This document shows positions 1 through 11,137 of a stretch of 64,000 bases of DNA, in pieces; the first letter of the stretch is position 1; each line of letters opens with the position of its first letter. The position numbers were made by a program, and so were the translations under genes. This DNA comes from an uncultured Acidobacteriota bacterium (GTDB taxonomy: Bacteria > Acidobacteriota > Blastocatellia > RBC074): assembly GCA_963796275.1 (NCBI GenBank), contig CAWCKY010000001.1, positions 288,001 to 352,000 on the forward strand, given 5' to 3'. The notes beneath the pieces were generated by a model, which was not told the DNA's origin, made no database searches, and saw only the letters and a list, made by a program, of their open reading frames with translations.

Positions 1-982
1 TGATGATGACGGGAATGCCGGCGTTCGCATAATTCATCGCGATGCCGCCCCCCATTGTCCCCGCCCCGACGACGGCGGCCCGTTTGATGTCGATCTGCTT
101 GGTATCTTTCGGTATGTCGGGGATCTTGGTAACCTCGCGCTCACCGAAGAAGACATGGATCAAGGCCTTCGATTGATCGGAGAAGAGACATTCCTTGAAC
201 AGCTCCGCTTCCTTCGCGCAGCCTTCTTCAAAAGAAAGCTTCGTCGCCGCCTCGACCGCATCGATGGCGGCTAGCGGGGCGATCATCCCGCGCGCACTCT
301 TTCTGGCGCCCGCGCGCGCGGTTTCGAAGATCGCGCTATTCGCCGTTTCCGTGCCGAGTTTGCCGTTTCTTTCCCTGGTTTTCTGCGGTTTTTCCGAGAT
401 TTTCTCGCGCAGGAAAGCGATTGCGCCCTGCAGGAGATCGCCTTCGATAATGCGATCGACGATGCCGCACGAGCTGGCCTCTTTAGCGCTGATCGGGTTT
501 CCTTCGACGCACATCTGTACAGCCTTGGCTACGCCGGCGAGCCGCGGAAGTCGCTGAGTGCCGGCAGCGCCGGGGATCAATCCGAGTTTAACCTCGGGCT
601 GGCCGACTTGCGCCGAGAGCACGGCGACGCGGTAATGAAAGGCCATCGCGACCTCGAGTCCGCCGCCGAAGGCAGTCCCATGAATTGCAGCCACGACCGG
701 CTTGGGACAATCTTCTATGGAGAGGAGCATATTGAGGAATTCAATACCTCTCTTTCGTTCACCGGAGGTTATCTTTCCGAATTCGCGGATATCGGCCCCG
801 GCGATGAAAGTTTGTCCCGCGCCGATCATCACTGCGCCTTTGAGCGAAGCATCATTCCTCACCTGCTCGATAGCTGCGCTGATGCCTTCGGGAACGCCGG
901 GGCTGAGCGCGTTGACTGGTGGGTTGTTGACGGTGATGATTCCGACTTCGCCGTCCCTGGTCAGTGTTACGAGTTCACTCAT
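1..982 (-). CDS. Enoyl-CoA hydratase / 3-hydroxyacyl-CoA dehydrogenase fusion (FadB/FadJ-like), runs off window start
   Basis: Not in the ORF track. Manual translation from ATG at 982: MSELVTLTRDGEVGIITVNNPPVNALSPGV, crotonase motifs AFGGGLEVAM and GQPEVKLGLIPGAAGTQRLPRL, then Rossmann VVGAGTMGGGIAMN. Confidence 0.9.
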   Translation of the reverse strand, partial: MSELVTLTRDGEVGIITVNNPPVNALSPGVPEGISAAIEQVRNDASLKGAVMIGAGQTFIAGADIREFGKITSGERKRGIEFLNMLLSIEDCPKPVVAAIHGTAFGGGLEVAMAFHYRVAVLSAQVGQPEVKLGLIPGAAGTQRLPRLAGVAKAVQMCVEGNPISAKEASSCGIVDRIIEGDLLQGAIAFLREKISEKPQKTRERNGKLGTETANSAIFETARAGARKSARGMIAPLAAIDAVEAATKLSFEEGCAKEAELFKECLFSDQSKALIHVFFGEREVTKIPDIPKDTKQIDIKRAAVVGAGTMGGGIAMNYANAGIPVII

Positions 983-985
983 TGG

Positions 986-1546
986 TCATTGCTCCTGTTG
1001 TTTGTTCTTCATTTTTTCGATCATCAACTGGTTGATCTTTTCCGACATCCCGCGCGGGACGCTGAGAGTATTCCATTCAGATGATTTCAGGTGCTTCGCC
1101 AGGAAGACGATCTGGCCGATGTGCGAGGCATAGTGCGTCAACTGGCGATTTATAGCTTGAACAACCGTATGCGGTTCGTGCCGGATCATGACTGTTAGCA
1201 TTACGTCTTCCGGCTGAAGCCCTTCAATAGCATGGAAGACATATTGCCAGCCATTCTCCCACCACTGCATCACTTGAGCCCGAGTGGTGTTTTCATCAAT
1301 TATGAACTCCTGGTCGCGATGGCGATCGGGTTTTTCGCCGTCGCTGGTCAAAAAATCCTCCCATCTCGACCGCAAATTACCCGCCAGGTGTTTGACGATG
1401 ACCGCTATGCTGTTGCTTTCGCGATCGAGCGCGACTAGGAACTGTGAGCCGTCGATCTGCTCGAGGGCGCGGTCGCCGAGCTTTTTGAGTTGGCGGAATT
1501 CCGCGAGGGCATTTTCGAGGTAGTGTTTTGATATGTCGCCAGGCAT
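986..1546 (-). CDS. DUF1572 / DinB-superfamily protein
   Basis: Motifs SNSIAVIVKHLAGNLRSRWEDFLTSDGEKPDRHRDQEF and HYASHIGQI; start placed at MPGDISK. Confidence 0.85.
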   Translation of the reverse strand: MPGDISKHYLENALAEFRQLKKLGDRALEQIDGSQFLVALDRESNSIAVIVKHLAGNLRSRWEDFLTSDGEKPDRHRDQEFIIDENTTRAQVMQWWENGWQYVFHAIEGLQPEDVMLTVMIRHEPHTVVQAINRQLTHYASHIGQIVFLAKHLKSSEWNTLSVPRGMSEKINQLMIEKMKNKQQEQ

Positions 1547-1619
1547 AGTGGTGAAGAGCCCTTCTGCCGCTAGGTGCAGAGGGACGTCCGATATCAAATC
1601 TCAAATTTGAAACTCAGCG

Positions 1620-3104
1620 CTAGCCTAATATTTGAAACCAATCGATCAATCCCCTCGCGACCGCCAACTGCAATAAACCGCATATAAAAATGATTACCAC
1701 CGGGTTCAGTTTTGCGCGCAGCATCAGCAGGAACGCGAGAGTCGCCACTCCATAACTGAGCGGCGTGTTCAAACCATTTTTCGCCAGGCTCACTCCCGCC
1801 GCCGCGAGCATTCCGACCACTGCGGGAGCGACGCCCGCGAGAAAGGCCTGAAAGAAGAAGTTGGTCCGAAAGCGATTGATCGATGTTCCGGCGATTACTG
1901 TCATGACGAATGATGGCAGAAACGCGGCCACCGTAGCTGCAATTGCGCCGGTCGCGCCGGCAACTTTGTAACCGATGAATGTGGCAGTGATCAAAACCGG
2001 ACCGGGGGTAATCTGTCCGAATGCCATCCCATCCGCAAACGTTTGCCGGTCCATCCATCGGTTTGTGTCAACTATATCGGTTTCGATCTGCGGGATCATG
2101 ACAAATCCGCCGCCGAAAGTCACTGTGCCGACGCGCAGAAAGATAGTCATAAGCTGCCAGACCGTGATCATTTTCGAGAGAACAGGCCAGGAGAGGATCA
2201 GAAGCAGCAGTATGGGCGCAATGGAATGAAGTTTGCCGCTCCCTTTACCCGCGGCGGGAGTGGTCAGCCCATCGCTCTTAGCTTCTGTCTCGGGTGAATT
2301 CCTGTCGGGCAGGGATACCTCGACTTTATAATCGCCCGATAATTTATCGGGGCTATCCATAATTTCAGCGGCTTGCTGGCGAGCGTGCTGTTCGACTACT
2401 TTGGTTCGCACGGTGGTCTGCCGCTCTTTGCGCAGGCGTTGCCGCACACGGTGGCGGACGCGTGTCTTATAGGTTTTGATGAAAACGCCGATCATCCCCG
2501 CCACCAGCACCACTTCGACAACCGTCGTTTGCGTGAAGATGAGCATAAAAGCGACGGCGACGCCAAGTTCTAGGTGCCACTGCTGCTGTACCGCCGTCTT
2601 CCCGAGCCGTGAGATGGTAGCCGCGATGAGCCCGACGACTGCGGCGTTGAAGCCCTGAAAGACGCGTTGCGCGTCGGGCAACTGGTGCAGGTAGGTGTGC
2701 GCAATGGTAAGCGCAATCATGAAAAGAAAAGACGGTAGGATGAAACTTCCGGTCGAGACGAGCGCGCCGCGCACGCCGCCGAGTTTGAGGCCGACATAAG
2801 TGATGGCATTTGCAGCATTCGCCCCGGGAAGGCTTTGTGCCAGAGAGACGGCGTCGAGAAACTCTTCTTCCGAAAGCCAGCGCCGCTCGCGCACGACCAT
2901 CCGCCGGACTTGCGCTATTACTGTAATTCCGCCACCGAACCCCGTGGCTCCCAGCTTGAGGAACGTCCTGGCCAATGCGCGCCAGTTGACTTTCGCTTCT
3001 TCCGGTGCGAATTGATCAGCCACCCACTCACGTATTTGTTTAAAATATGTAACAGAAATGACTTTTAACTCATTGATATATCTTCTCTCTCTCACTGCTC
3101 GCAT
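1620..3104 (-). CDS. chrA: Chromate efflux transporter, long-chain CHR family
   Basis: Two CHR repeats: FLKLGATGFGGG...AQSLPG and FLRVGTVTFGGG...GQITPGP. Confidence 0.9.
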   Translation of the reverse strand: MRAVRERRYINELKVISVTYFKQIREWVADQFAPEEAKVNWRALARTFLKLGATGFGGGITVIAQVRRMVVRERRWLSEEEFLDAVSLAQSLPGANAANAITYVGLKLGGVRGALVSTGSFILPSFLFMIALTIAHTYLHQLPDAQRVFQGFNAAVVGLIAATISRLGKTAVQQQWHLELGVAVAFMLIFTQTTVVEVVLVAGMIGVFIKTYKTRVRHRVRQRLRKERQTTVRTKVVEQHARQQAAEIMDSPDKLSGDYKVEVSLPDRNSPETEAKSDGLTTPAAGKGSGKLHSIAPILLLLILSWPVLSKMITVWQLMTIFLRVGTVTFGGGFVMIPQIETDIVDTNRWMDRQTFADGMAFGQITPGPVLITATFIGYKVAGATGAIAATVAAFLPSFVMTVIAGTSINRFRTNFFFQAFLAGVAPAVVGMLAAAGVSLAKNGLNTPLSYGVATLAFLLMLRAKLNPVVIIFICGLLQLAVARGLIDWFQILG

Positions 3105-3150
3105 TCTTTCTTCAATAGTTTGGTTACAGGGGGGATGTTACAATTCGCAC

Positions 3151-3837
3151 ATGTCCAAGCAACAGATTGCTATTATCGGCGGGACGGGCGATCAGGGCAA
3201 AGGCCTCGCACTCAGATGGGCGCGAGCGGGTTTTTCGATCACTATCGGCTCACGCTCTGCCGAACGCGCGATGAGCTCAGCGGCGGAATTGCGCGCGTCG
3301 CTCGATAGTGCGGTCGAGAATAATGGCGCAATCGAGGGTTCGATCAATGGCGAAGCGGCAGCGAATGCATCGATCATCGTTTTGACGGTTCCATTCGACG
3401 CTCAGATATCGACCATGAAGGAGATCAGCGGGAGAATTCAAGCGGGAGCGGTGCTGATCGATGTCACCGTGCCACTCGAGACCGCAATCGGCGGCAGGCC
3501 CGCTCGCACTCTCGGCGTTTGGGCCGGGTCGGCGGCGCAACAGTGCGCGGAGCTTGCGCCCGCAGGCGTTCACGTCGTCTCCGCATTCCACAACGTAGGA
3601 GCCGCCGCTTTGGCAAAGATCGATCATGAAGTGGAGTGCGATGTCATCGTCTGTGGCGATGACAAAAGCGCGAAAGAACGGATTAGACCGCTCGTCGAGG
3701 CGATCTCCGGTTGCCGATACATCGATGGCGGAGCGCTCGCCAACTCCCGCACAGTCGAGGCGATGACCGCCCTGTTGATCGGCATCAACATCCGTTACAA
3801 GGCGCACAGCGGTATTCGAATCACAGGAATAAGTTAA
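3151..3837 (+). CDS. npdG: NADPH-dependent F420 reductase
   Basis: IAIIGGTGDQGKGLALRWA, IGSRS, VVSAFHNV, LLIGINIRYK-GIRITGI; start at MSKQQ (3151). Confidence 0.88.
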   Translation: MSKQQIAIIGGTGDQGKGLALRWARAGFSITIGSRSAERAMSSAAELRASLDSAVENNGAIEGSINGEAAANASIIVLTVPFDAQISTMKEISGRIQAGAVLIDVTVPLETAIGGRPARTLGVWAGSAAQQCAELAPAGVHVVSAFHNVGAAALAKIDHEVECDVIVCGDDKSAKERIRPLVEAISGCRYIDGGALANSRTVEAMTALLIGINIRYKAHSGIRITGIS

Positions 3838-3937
3838 TTGATAATTGATAAGGGATAATTGATAATTTGCAATTTCGAAAGGAACAAGTCGGTAACGGAA
3901 TAAACATTATCAATTATCAATAATCAATTATCAATTA
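3836..3937. repeat. Heptamer (TAATTGA)n inverted repeat
   Basis: aattgataattgataa...ttatcaattatcaataatcaattatcaatt. Confidence 0.8.
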
Positions 3938-3943
3938 ACATCT

Positions 3944-4870
3944 ATGTCTCCCTATATTGAATTAACGAGAGATCAATGGAGCCTGTTACGCAATTCTACT
4001 CCTCTGACTCTCATCGAAGATGATCTCGTGAAACTACGAGGCATCAACGAAAACGTCTCGCTGCAAGAGGTGGAAGAGATTTTTCTGCCGCTTTCGCGCT
4101 TGCTCAATCTCTATGTGGGAGCGACGCAGAACCTGCACAGCGCATCTGCCACCTTCCTCGGCGACAAAACTGAGAAAGTGCCATACGTCATCGGCATCGC
4201 CGGCAGCGTAGCAGTCGGCAAAAGCACGACGGCGCGCATTCTGCAGGCGCTGCTCGCCCGTTGGGCCAATCATCCGAAAGTCGATTTGATAACGACCGAC
4301 GGATTCCTGTTTCCCAACGCTCTGCTCGAAGCCCGCGGGTTGATGAAACGAAAGGGATTTCCGGAGAGCTATGATCGACGGCGCCTGGTGAAGTTTGTTG
4401 CGAATGTAAAATCGGGTAAGACCGAGGTGAGCTGCCCGGTCTATTCGCATCTCGCTTACGATATTCTGTCCGATCAGGTTCAGCGCGTCAGGCAGCCGGA
4501 CATCGTGATTCTCGAAGGGTTGAATGTTTTGCAGACGGGAGTCGGAAGCGCAGACCGATCGCCGGTATTTGTCTCTGACTATTTCGATTTTTCTATTTAT
4601 GTCGACGCGGATGAGCGGCACATCAGGCAGTGGTATATCGATCGCTTTCTGACCCTGCGGCGCACGGCCTTTCGCGATCCCGCTTCATACTTTCACCGGT
4701 ACTCTAAATTGACTGATGATGAGGCGCGCAAGACGGCGTTGAAGATATGGAATGAGATCAATGGTATCAACCTGAAAGAGAATATTCTCCCGACTCGCTC
4801 GCGCGCGGATTTGATCCTCGAGAAAGGTCCCGATCATTCAGTGCGGCGTGTCAGGTTGAGGAAATTGTGA
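3944..4870 (+). CDS. coaA: Type I pantothenate kinase
   Basis: [52 protein letters not shown]. Confidence 0.96.
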   Translation: MSPYIELTRDQWSLLRNSTPLTLIEDDLVKLRGINENVSLQEVEEIFLPLSRLLNLYVGATQNLHSASATFLGDKTEKVPYVIGIAGSVAVGKSTTARILQALLARWANHPKVDLITTDGFLFPNALLEARGLMKRKGFPESYDRRRLVKFVANVKSGKTEVSCPVYSHLAYDILSDQVQRVRQPDIVILEGLNVLQTGVGSADRSPVFVSDYFDFSIYVDADERHIRQWYIDRFLTLRRTAFRDPASYFHRYSKLTDDEARKTALKIWNEINGINLKENILPTRSRADLILEKGPDHSVRRVRLRKL

Positions 4871-4876
4871 ATAATA

Positions 4877-4968
4877 AGTTTTCAGTTTTTAGTTGGGAAC
4901 GATCAAACAATTTTAGATCAAATCTAAAATCTAAAATCTAAAATCTGAAAACTATCAACTATCAACTC
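4877..4968. repeat. Mixed heptamer tandem repeats (AAATCTA, AACTATC, GTTTTCA) between convergent genes
   Basis: aaatctaaaatctaaaatctaaaatctgaaaactatcaactatcaact. Confidence 0.7.
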
Positions 4969-6257
4969 TCTATCGCATCCATCTTCCCCGTAATGAGGGT
5001 GAGGTAGGCGATGATCCCAACGATCAGTACGACGCCGGTCAGTCCTAAGGCCAGGGCGAACGATCCGGTACTGTGAGCGATAAAGCCTGTCAATGCGGGC
5101 GCGATTATCCCGCCCAGATTGCCTCCGAAGTTTTGAATACCTGACACGGTGCCGACGATCTTCTTGTCGCAGACCGCTTGCGTCAATGTCCAGGTGTTCG
5201 GTGAGGCGATACCTATGCCGCCTAGTGAAATGGTGAGCAACCACACGGCTGTCATCTTATCTTCGACCATACCCGCAGGCACGATGAGGCAGCCTATGAA
5301 CAGCCCCGTGACGATAAACATTTTACGAACCTTCGTCTCTTCGTATCCGCGACGGACTAGCCAATCGCTCAGTATGCCTGAAATCAGGATGATGACCGAC
5401 ATCGTGAGGTAGGGCAGGGCGCTATAGATTCCCATCTCGCTCGCGGTGAACTTGCGTTCCAGCCTCAGATAACCTGGCAGCCAGGCTACATAGACGAACC
5501 AGGCATAATCATAAGCGAAAAAGCCGAGGAAGATGCCGAAAACACTGCGATTCTTAAGTAACGAAATGCTTTTGAGAAATGATGGCACCTGTGACGGAAC
5601 TGGCTCAGCGGTGACGGCAGGCGTCTGTTTAACCTCCCATTTCCCTAAAAACCATGTCCAGGGGAAGAGCCAGATCAGAGGTATTGTGCCGATGACCAGA
5701 AAAAATAGCCGCCAATCGTATTTGCTCAGAAACCACGCTCCGACTATGTTGATTAACGCCGTGCCATATCTCACGCCTGCCAGATAGAGGCCCGTGACGG
5801 TTCCCCGCTCTCGCTCCTGAAACCAATTGGCCACCGCCCGCGCGCTTGCCGGAAAGGCCACCGCCTGTCCGATGCCCAGGGAAATGCGCAATGAAATGAG
5901 CGCCGTCAGATTTTTCGCCAGACCCGTCAAAATTGATGAGATGGACCAGAAAAGAAAACCTAAGGCATAGGCCCGCCGAACGCCGAATCGGTCAACCAGC
6001 CAACCCATTGGCATCTGCATGAAGGCGTACATCCAGAAGAATGCCGAGAGCAAGATACCCATCCCCGCCTTTGACAGGCTGAGGTCTTCGATCATGAATG
6101 GGGCAGCAACGCTTAACGCTCCGCGATGCCCATAACATATAAGCATCGCCGTGATGAGCAGGATCATTAGCCACCATCGCTGCCGGGAGTCTTTCAGCGC
6201 AGGTCGAGATTCTTCTGTCGCTGCTTCGGGGGCAGTCTTGATTTCTACTGGTGTCAT
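4962..6257 (-). CDS. MFS transporter, ACS family (sugar-acid permease)
   Basis: About 12 TM helices; GWLVDRFGVRR; AVANWFQERERG; divergent from a sugar-acid dehydratase. Confidence 0.9.
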   Translation of the reverse strand: MTPVEIKTAPEAATEESRPALKDSRQRWWLMILLITAMLICYGHRGALSVAAPFMIEDLSLSKAGMGILLSAFFWMYAFMQMPMGWLVDRFGVRRAYALGFLFWSISSILTGLAKNLTALISLRISLGIGQAVAFPASARAVANWFQERERGTVTGLYLAGVRYGTALINIVGAWFLSKYDWRLFFLVIGTIPLIWLFPWTWFLGKWEVKQTPAVTAEPVPSQVPSFLKSISLLKNRSVFGIFLGFFAYDYAWFVYVAWLPGYLRLERKFTASEMGIYSALPYLTMSVIILISGILSDWLVRRGYEETKVRKMFIVTGLFIGCLIVPAGMVEDKMTAVWLLTISLGGIGIASPNTWTLTQAVCDKKIVGTVSGIQNFGGNLGGIIAPALTGFIAHSTGSFALALGLTGVVLIVGIIAYLTLITGKMDAIES

Positions 6258-6488
6258 TTGTCGCCTCAGGTTGTTGGGATGAACTGCTATGTGGCGGGTA
6301 TCCTCTCACGTTCCGGAGGGGCTTGCAATTATGTGTAGTTTGAATGCCCGCAGACCTTAATTTGGAATTTTTATAGCGAACTTCCCCGTCCGATTGTTCA
6401 ATCAGGCCCATTGAAGTAATAATTGGGGCAACTTTCTCAACGAACTAATAAACAATATCGCAATTCGCATTCGACCAAGGAGAACAGC

Positions 6489-8216
6489 ATGCAAAACAAA
6501 CGAACTCCTGAACAACTGCGCAGTCATCGTTGGATGGGCCTCAATGACCTGCGTTCATTCACTCATCGGTCGCGAGCCAAGCAGATGGGCTATGGGCGCC
6601 AGGATTATGCGGGTAAACCGGTCATCGCGATCGTCAACACGTGGAGCGATCTGACCACTTGCCACAGTCACTTTCGCGAGCGCGCCCAGGAGGTCAAGCG
6701 CGGCGTGTGGCAGGCGGGCGGGTTCCCGGTAGAGATCCCGGCATTACCACTCAATGAGACTTTTATGAAGCCCAGCCCGATGATGTATCGCAATCTGCTG
6801 GCGATGGAAGTCGAAGAGCTCCTGCGCTGCCAACCGATAGACGGGGTAGTCCTCATGGGCGGTTGCGACAAGACTACGCCGGGGCTATTGATGGGAGCTA
6901 TCACGATGGACTTGCCGGCGATCTATCTGCCCGCCGGGCCGATGCTGCGCGGCAACTGGAACGGCCGGATACTCGGCAGCGGAAGCGATGTCTGGAAGTT
7001 CTGGGCTGAGAAGTGCGCCGGCAATATCAGTGATGCCGAATGGAACGAGATGGAGGACGGCATCGCGCGTTCGCCCGGTCATTGTATGACGATGGGTACG
7101 GCCTCGACGATGACGGCGATCGCCGAAACGCTCGGGTTCACTCTCCCTGGCGCCTCGTCCATTCCGGCGGTCGACGCCAACCATTCTCGTCTGGCCGCGA
7201 GTTGCGGCCGGCGCATCGTCGAGATGGTTTGGGAGGATTTGAAGCCCAGCAGTTTTCTAACGGCGAACTCGTTCGATAATGCGATCACTGCCGATATGGC
7301 AATCGGTGGCTCGACCAATGCAATCATTCATCTGGTCGCGCTCGCCGGCCGCGCGGGGGTCAAGCTGGAACTGAAGAAGTTCGATGATATCTCCCACCGC
7401 ACCCCGATGATCGCCAACCTCCGGCCATCCGGAAGTTTTCTGATGGAGGATTTCTATTATTCAGGCGGATTGCGCGCGCTGCTCTGGCGCATCAGCCATC
7501 TGCTTCACCTCGATTGCCTGACCATAAACGGGAACACGATCGGTGAAAACGTCAAAGGCGCAGAGGTCTATAACGGGGAGGTGATCCGCGGGCTCGATGC
7601 CCCGGTCGCACCGCAGGGTGGGACTGCGATCCTGTACGGCAACCTGGCACCCAATGGGGCGGTGATAAAACCGACGGCGGCGGAAGAACGGTTACTGCGG
7701 CATACTGGAAAAGCGGTGGTCTTCAAAGATTACAACGATATGGCGGCGCGGATCGATGATGAGAGTCTGGCTTGCGATGAGGATTCGGTCATCGTCCTGC
7801 AGAATGCCGGGCCGCTGGGCGGACCCGGGATGCCGGAATGGGGTATGCTACCGATACCCAAAAAGCTCTTGAAGAAGGGCGTGCGCGATATGGTCCGCAT
7901 CTCAGATGCGCGCATGAGCGGCACTGCCTATGGAGCATGCGTGCTGCACGTCTCACCGGAGAGTTACATCGGCGGACCGCTGGCTTTTGTATGCGATGGG
8001 GATCTCATCGAACTTGATGTCCCGAACCGCAAGCTGAACCTGCGGATTAGCGATGAAGAGATGGCGAAGCGGCGGGCGGCATGGGTGAAACCCGAGCGGC
8101 ATTACCAGCGGGGTTTCGGCGCTCTCTTCAGCGAACATGTGACGCAGGCGGACCAGGGATGCGATTTCGATTTCTTGCATGCGGGAGCCCGCACACCCGA
8201 GCCGGAAATTCATTAA
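6489..8216 (+). CDS. araD: IlvD/Edd-family sugar-acid dehydratase (L-arabinonate dehydratase-like)
   Basis: [52 protein letters not shown]; RBS AAGGAG before ATG 6489; substrate uncertain. Confidence 0.8.
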   Translation: MQNKRTPEQLRSHRWMGLNDLRSFTHRSRAKQMGYGRQDYAGKPVIAIVNTWSDLTTCHSHFRERAQEVKRGVWQAGGFPVEIPALPLNETFMKPSPMMYRNLLAMEVEELLRCQPIDGVVLMGGCDKTTPGLLMGAITMDLPAIYLPAGPMLRGNWNGRILGSGSDVWKFWAEKCAGNISDAEWNEMEDGIARSPGHCMTMGTASTMTAIAETLGFTLPGASSIPAVDANHSRLAASCGRRIVEMVWEDLKPSSFLTANSFDNAITADMAIGGSTNAIIHLVALAGRAGVKLELKKFDDISHRTPMIANLRPSGSFLMEDFYYSGGLRALLWRISHLLHLDCLTINGNTIGENVKGAEVYNGEVIRGLDAPVAPQGGTAILYGNLAPNGAVIKPTAAEERLLRHTGKAVVFKDYNDMAARIDDESLACDEDSVIVLQNAGPLGGPGMPEWGMLPIPKKLLKKGVRDMVRISDARMSGTAYGACVLHVSPESYIGGPLAFVCDGDLIELDVPNRKLNLRISDEEMAKRRAAWVKPERHYQRGFGALFSEHVTQADQGCDFDFLHAGARTPEPEIH

Positions 8217-8450
8217 TGCCTGAGTGAAAGCGAGCCATAGAGTTGTAAAAAAGACGCGGGAGGATGGAAAGAAGAAGACAAGATTCCAAATGCACAATGC
8301 AAAAGGTCCCCTTGTCTTCTTTTTCTCTTGCGCTAATCTCCTTTTCTCTGTTTCTCCGTCTCTCGGTGGCTAGTTTCCTCGCTAGCTGTTAAAGTGAAGT
8401 CACCCCTTGAAGATTCTTTTCCCTTCAAATATTTACGAGGGACATAGATT

Positions 8451-9719
8451 ATGCAAATTAAGAAGACGCTTCGTCGCGTCGTCATCACTGGTATCGGGTG
8501 CGTCAGCCCTATTGGTATCGGGAAGGAACAGTTCTGGCAATCAGTCAGAGAGGGTCGAAGCGGTATAGGCGGAATCACGCGTTTTGACGCCTCTGATCTT
8601 CCTGTACAGATAGCGGGCGAAGTGAAGAACTTCGACCCTGATCTTTATATAGCTCCCAAAGACCGGCAACACGTCTCTCACGCCGTCGCACTTGCCGTCG
8701 CGGCAGCTGATCTGACATTTCTCGACGCCGGATTGAAACCCAGAGAGATGACTCTTGACGAGCGCCGCGATGTTGGGGTTGTCCTCGGCAGCGGCGGAGC
8801 GAGCCTCGGCTTTATCGAGAAGCAATACCGGTACTACTTCGCGAACGAGGCGAAGAGAGCGAGCGTTTATACGATCCCGACGGCGACTCCGGGATCGCTT
8901 CCCAGCGAAATCTCCATGTCTTTGGGATTGAAAGGATTCAGCCACCTTCTCTCGACCGGATGCACTTCTTCCACGGATGCGATTGCCTATGCTTCGCAGA
9001 TGATCGCGCTCGGCCGCATCAATCGGGTGTTGGCCGGTGGAGTCGATGCACCGCTGACTCACAGCTTTATGCTCGCTTTTTGTGTGATGAAGGTGTTGAC
9101 GCCGTCCTGGAACCACCAACCGCCGCGTGGTTCTCGCCCTTTCAGTAAAGACCGCGACGGGTTCGTGCTCGCTGAAGGCGCCTATTTTTTTATCCTGGAA
9201 GACCTCGGGAGCGCCCTCGATCGCGGCGCGAGAATCTATGCCGAACTCGCCGGCTACGGTTCCACGTGCGATGCGTATCATCGAGTGCGGTTGGACGAGA
9301 CCGGCGAAGAGCCGGCGCGTGCAATGGGACTCGCGCTGGATGATGCCGAGCTCAAGCCAGAGGAGATAGATTACGTCAACTTGCACGGCACCTCGACCGA
9401 ATTGAACGACCGGATCGAGACGCGTGCCATCAAAAAAGCCTTCGGCAATGCGGCTTACCGGGTTGCGGCGAGCGCAACCAAGTCTATGATCGGACACCCA
9501 CAGGGAGCATCGGGAGCTGCGGGGCTGACGGCGACGCTCGGTGGGATGGCCCTTGGCTTTCTACCGCCCACGATAAATCTGGATATCCAGGATCCCGAAT
9601 GCGATCTCGATTATGTCCCGAACGTGGCGCGTCCGGCCAACATCAGGCATGCTCTGTGCAATTGCATTGGGTTCGGGTCAAAAAATTCGGCACTGGTTGT
9701 AAAAAAATGCGAAATCTGA
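8451..9719 (+). CDS. Beta-ketoacyl-ACP synthase (FabF / type II PKS KS-alpha-like)
   Basis: RRVVITGIG, STGCTSS, SRPFSKDRDGFVLAEG, HGTST, KSMIGH. Confidence 0.88.
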   Translation: MQIKKTLRRVVITGIGCVSPIGIGKEQFWQSVREGRSGIGGITRFDASDLPVQIAGEVKNFDPDLYIAPKDRQHVSHAVALAVAAADLTFLDAGLKPREMTLDERRDVGVVLGSGGASLGFIEKQYRYYFANEAKRASVYTIPTATPGSLPSEISMSLGLKGFSHLLSTGCTSSTDAIAYASQMIALGRINRVLAGGVDAPLTHSFMLAFCVMKVLTPSWNHQPPRGSRPFSKDRDGFVLAEGAYFFILEDLGSALDRGARIYAELAGYGSTCDAYHRVRLDETGEEPARAMGLALDDAELKPEEIDYVNLHGTSTELNDRIETRAIKKAFGNAAYRVAASATKSMIGHPQGASGAAGLTATLGGMALGFLPPTINLDIQDPECDLDYVPNVARPANIRHALCNCIGFGSKNSALVVKKCEI

Positions 9720-9832
9720 CCGGGAAACAAAAGGCAAATGGCAAAGCTCAGGAATTTGTTCATCTTTTGTTACTCGCCCTTTTTGTTTCTTCTTTTGGAT
9801 GATCGGTAATTTGGAATAGTTGGAATAGATCG

Positions 9833-10543
9833 ATGTTCGCTAATTTCATTGCCAATTTTGAAAAAAGGAGCAACGAGGCTGAACTGATGGACGGCTCGGA
9901 TTACAGCCTCGATGAGCTCGTTGAAAACCTGGCCGATCTGCGGCGCGTCAATCGCTACCTGGGCGGACAGCACGCCCTCACTAAACGTCTGTTCCCGATG
10001 ATCGAGAGCCTGGGAAGAAGAAAGGTTCGATTACTCGATATCGGTACAGGTTCAGCAGATATTCCGCAAATGATAGTCAAATGGGCGCGCTCTCGCGGAA
10101 TCGACATCGAATTCGTCGTCCTCGATCTCAACCAGATTGCGGCGCGGGAAGCGCGGACGCAGACATTAGGATATCCCGAAATCGATGTCATACGCGCCGA
10201 TGCACTGCGGATGCCGTTCGCTGACCACAGTTTCGACTTTGTGATAGCTTCTTTGTTCCTTCACCATTTCGAGAATCGTGATGCCGCGCGATTGCTTAAG
10301 GCGTTTGCCAGGGTGGCGCGCGTCGCATTCCTCGTTAACGACCTACGCCGCCACCCGGTGGCCTATTACTCAATTAAACTCCTAACGCGCGTCTTCACTC
10401 GCAATCGCCTCGTTCGCAACGATGCCGCCGTATCAGTATTGCGGGGCTTCTCCCCATGCGATATAGATGAGATCGAACGAGAGTCGCGGATTAAGCTGCA
10501 AACTTATTACCATTTTCCTTATCGCATCATATTGATTGGATAG
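9833..10543 (+). CDS. Class I SAM-dependent methyltransferase
   Basis: ELMD...DLRRVNRYLGG, LLDIGTGSAD, SLFLHHF, NDLRR. Confidence 0.85.
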   Translation: MFANFIANFEKRSNEAELMDGSDYSLDELVENLADLRRVNRYLGGQHALTKRLFPMIESLGRRKVRLLDIGTGSADIPQMIVKWARSRGIDIEFVVLDLNQIAAREARTQTLGYPEIDVIRADALRMPFADHSFDFVIASLFLHHFENRDAARLLKAFARVARVAFLVNDLRRHPVAYYSIKLLTRVFTRNRLVRNDAAVSVLRGFSPCDIDEIERESRIKLQTYYHFPYRIILIG

Positions 10544-10551
10544 GATTTGTT

Positions 10552-11130
10552 ATGAACGAGAACGATGTCCTGCAAATCTTTGAAGAAAAAGGGGCGCTGC
10601 TCAGCGGGCATTTTCTCCTCACGTCCGGGTTGCACAGCCCGCGCTATTTGCAATGCGCGCTGGTGCTTCAGCATCCGGAGATCGCAGAGGAGCTATGCTC
10701 TGCATTGGCAGTCAGGTCTGGTGCGGATGATCGCCTGGGAGAAATCGATCTGGTGATCGCGCCCGCGCTGGGAGGCGTGATCGTCGCCCACGAAGTTGCG
10801 CGCGCTTTCGGCGTGCGCGCAATGTTCGCCGAGCGGCAGAATGGAACGATGACGCTGCGACGCGGATTCCGGATCGATCCGGGAGAACGGGCTTTCGTCG
10901 TCGAAGATGTCGTCACCACCGGCGGCTCGACTCGTGAGGTGATGAGGGTCGTAGCAGAACACGGCGGGAAAGTGGCCGGCGCGGGATCATTGATCGATCG
11001 GAGCGGAGGTAAGATCGATCTGGGAGTGACATTGTACTCGCTGTCCGTGCTCGAAGTGCCCGTCTATAAACCTGAAGTTTGCCCGCTCTGCCAGGAAGGT
11101 TCGGTCGCGATCAAACCTGGAAGTAGGTAA
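10552..11130 (+). CDS. pyrE: Orotate phosphoribosyltransferase
   Basis: GHFLLTSGLHS, VVEDVVTTGGS, KPGSR C-terminus. Confidence 0.95.
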   Translation: MNENDVLQIFEEKGALLSGHFLLTSGLHSPRYLQCALVLQHPEIAEELCSALAVRSGADDRLGEIDLVIAPALGGVIVAHEVARAFGVRAMFAERQNGTMTLRRGFRIDPGERAFVVEDVVTTGGSTREVMRVVAEHGGKVAGAGSLIDRSGGKIDLGVTLYSLSVLEVPVYKPEVCPLCQEGSVAIKPGSR

Positions 11131-11137
11131 TTTATAA

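Noticed and set aside
195-1133. Plus-strand ORFs 195-557, 608-1084 and 702-1133
   Set aside because: Antisense shadows of the minus-strand FadB-like and DUF1572 genes.
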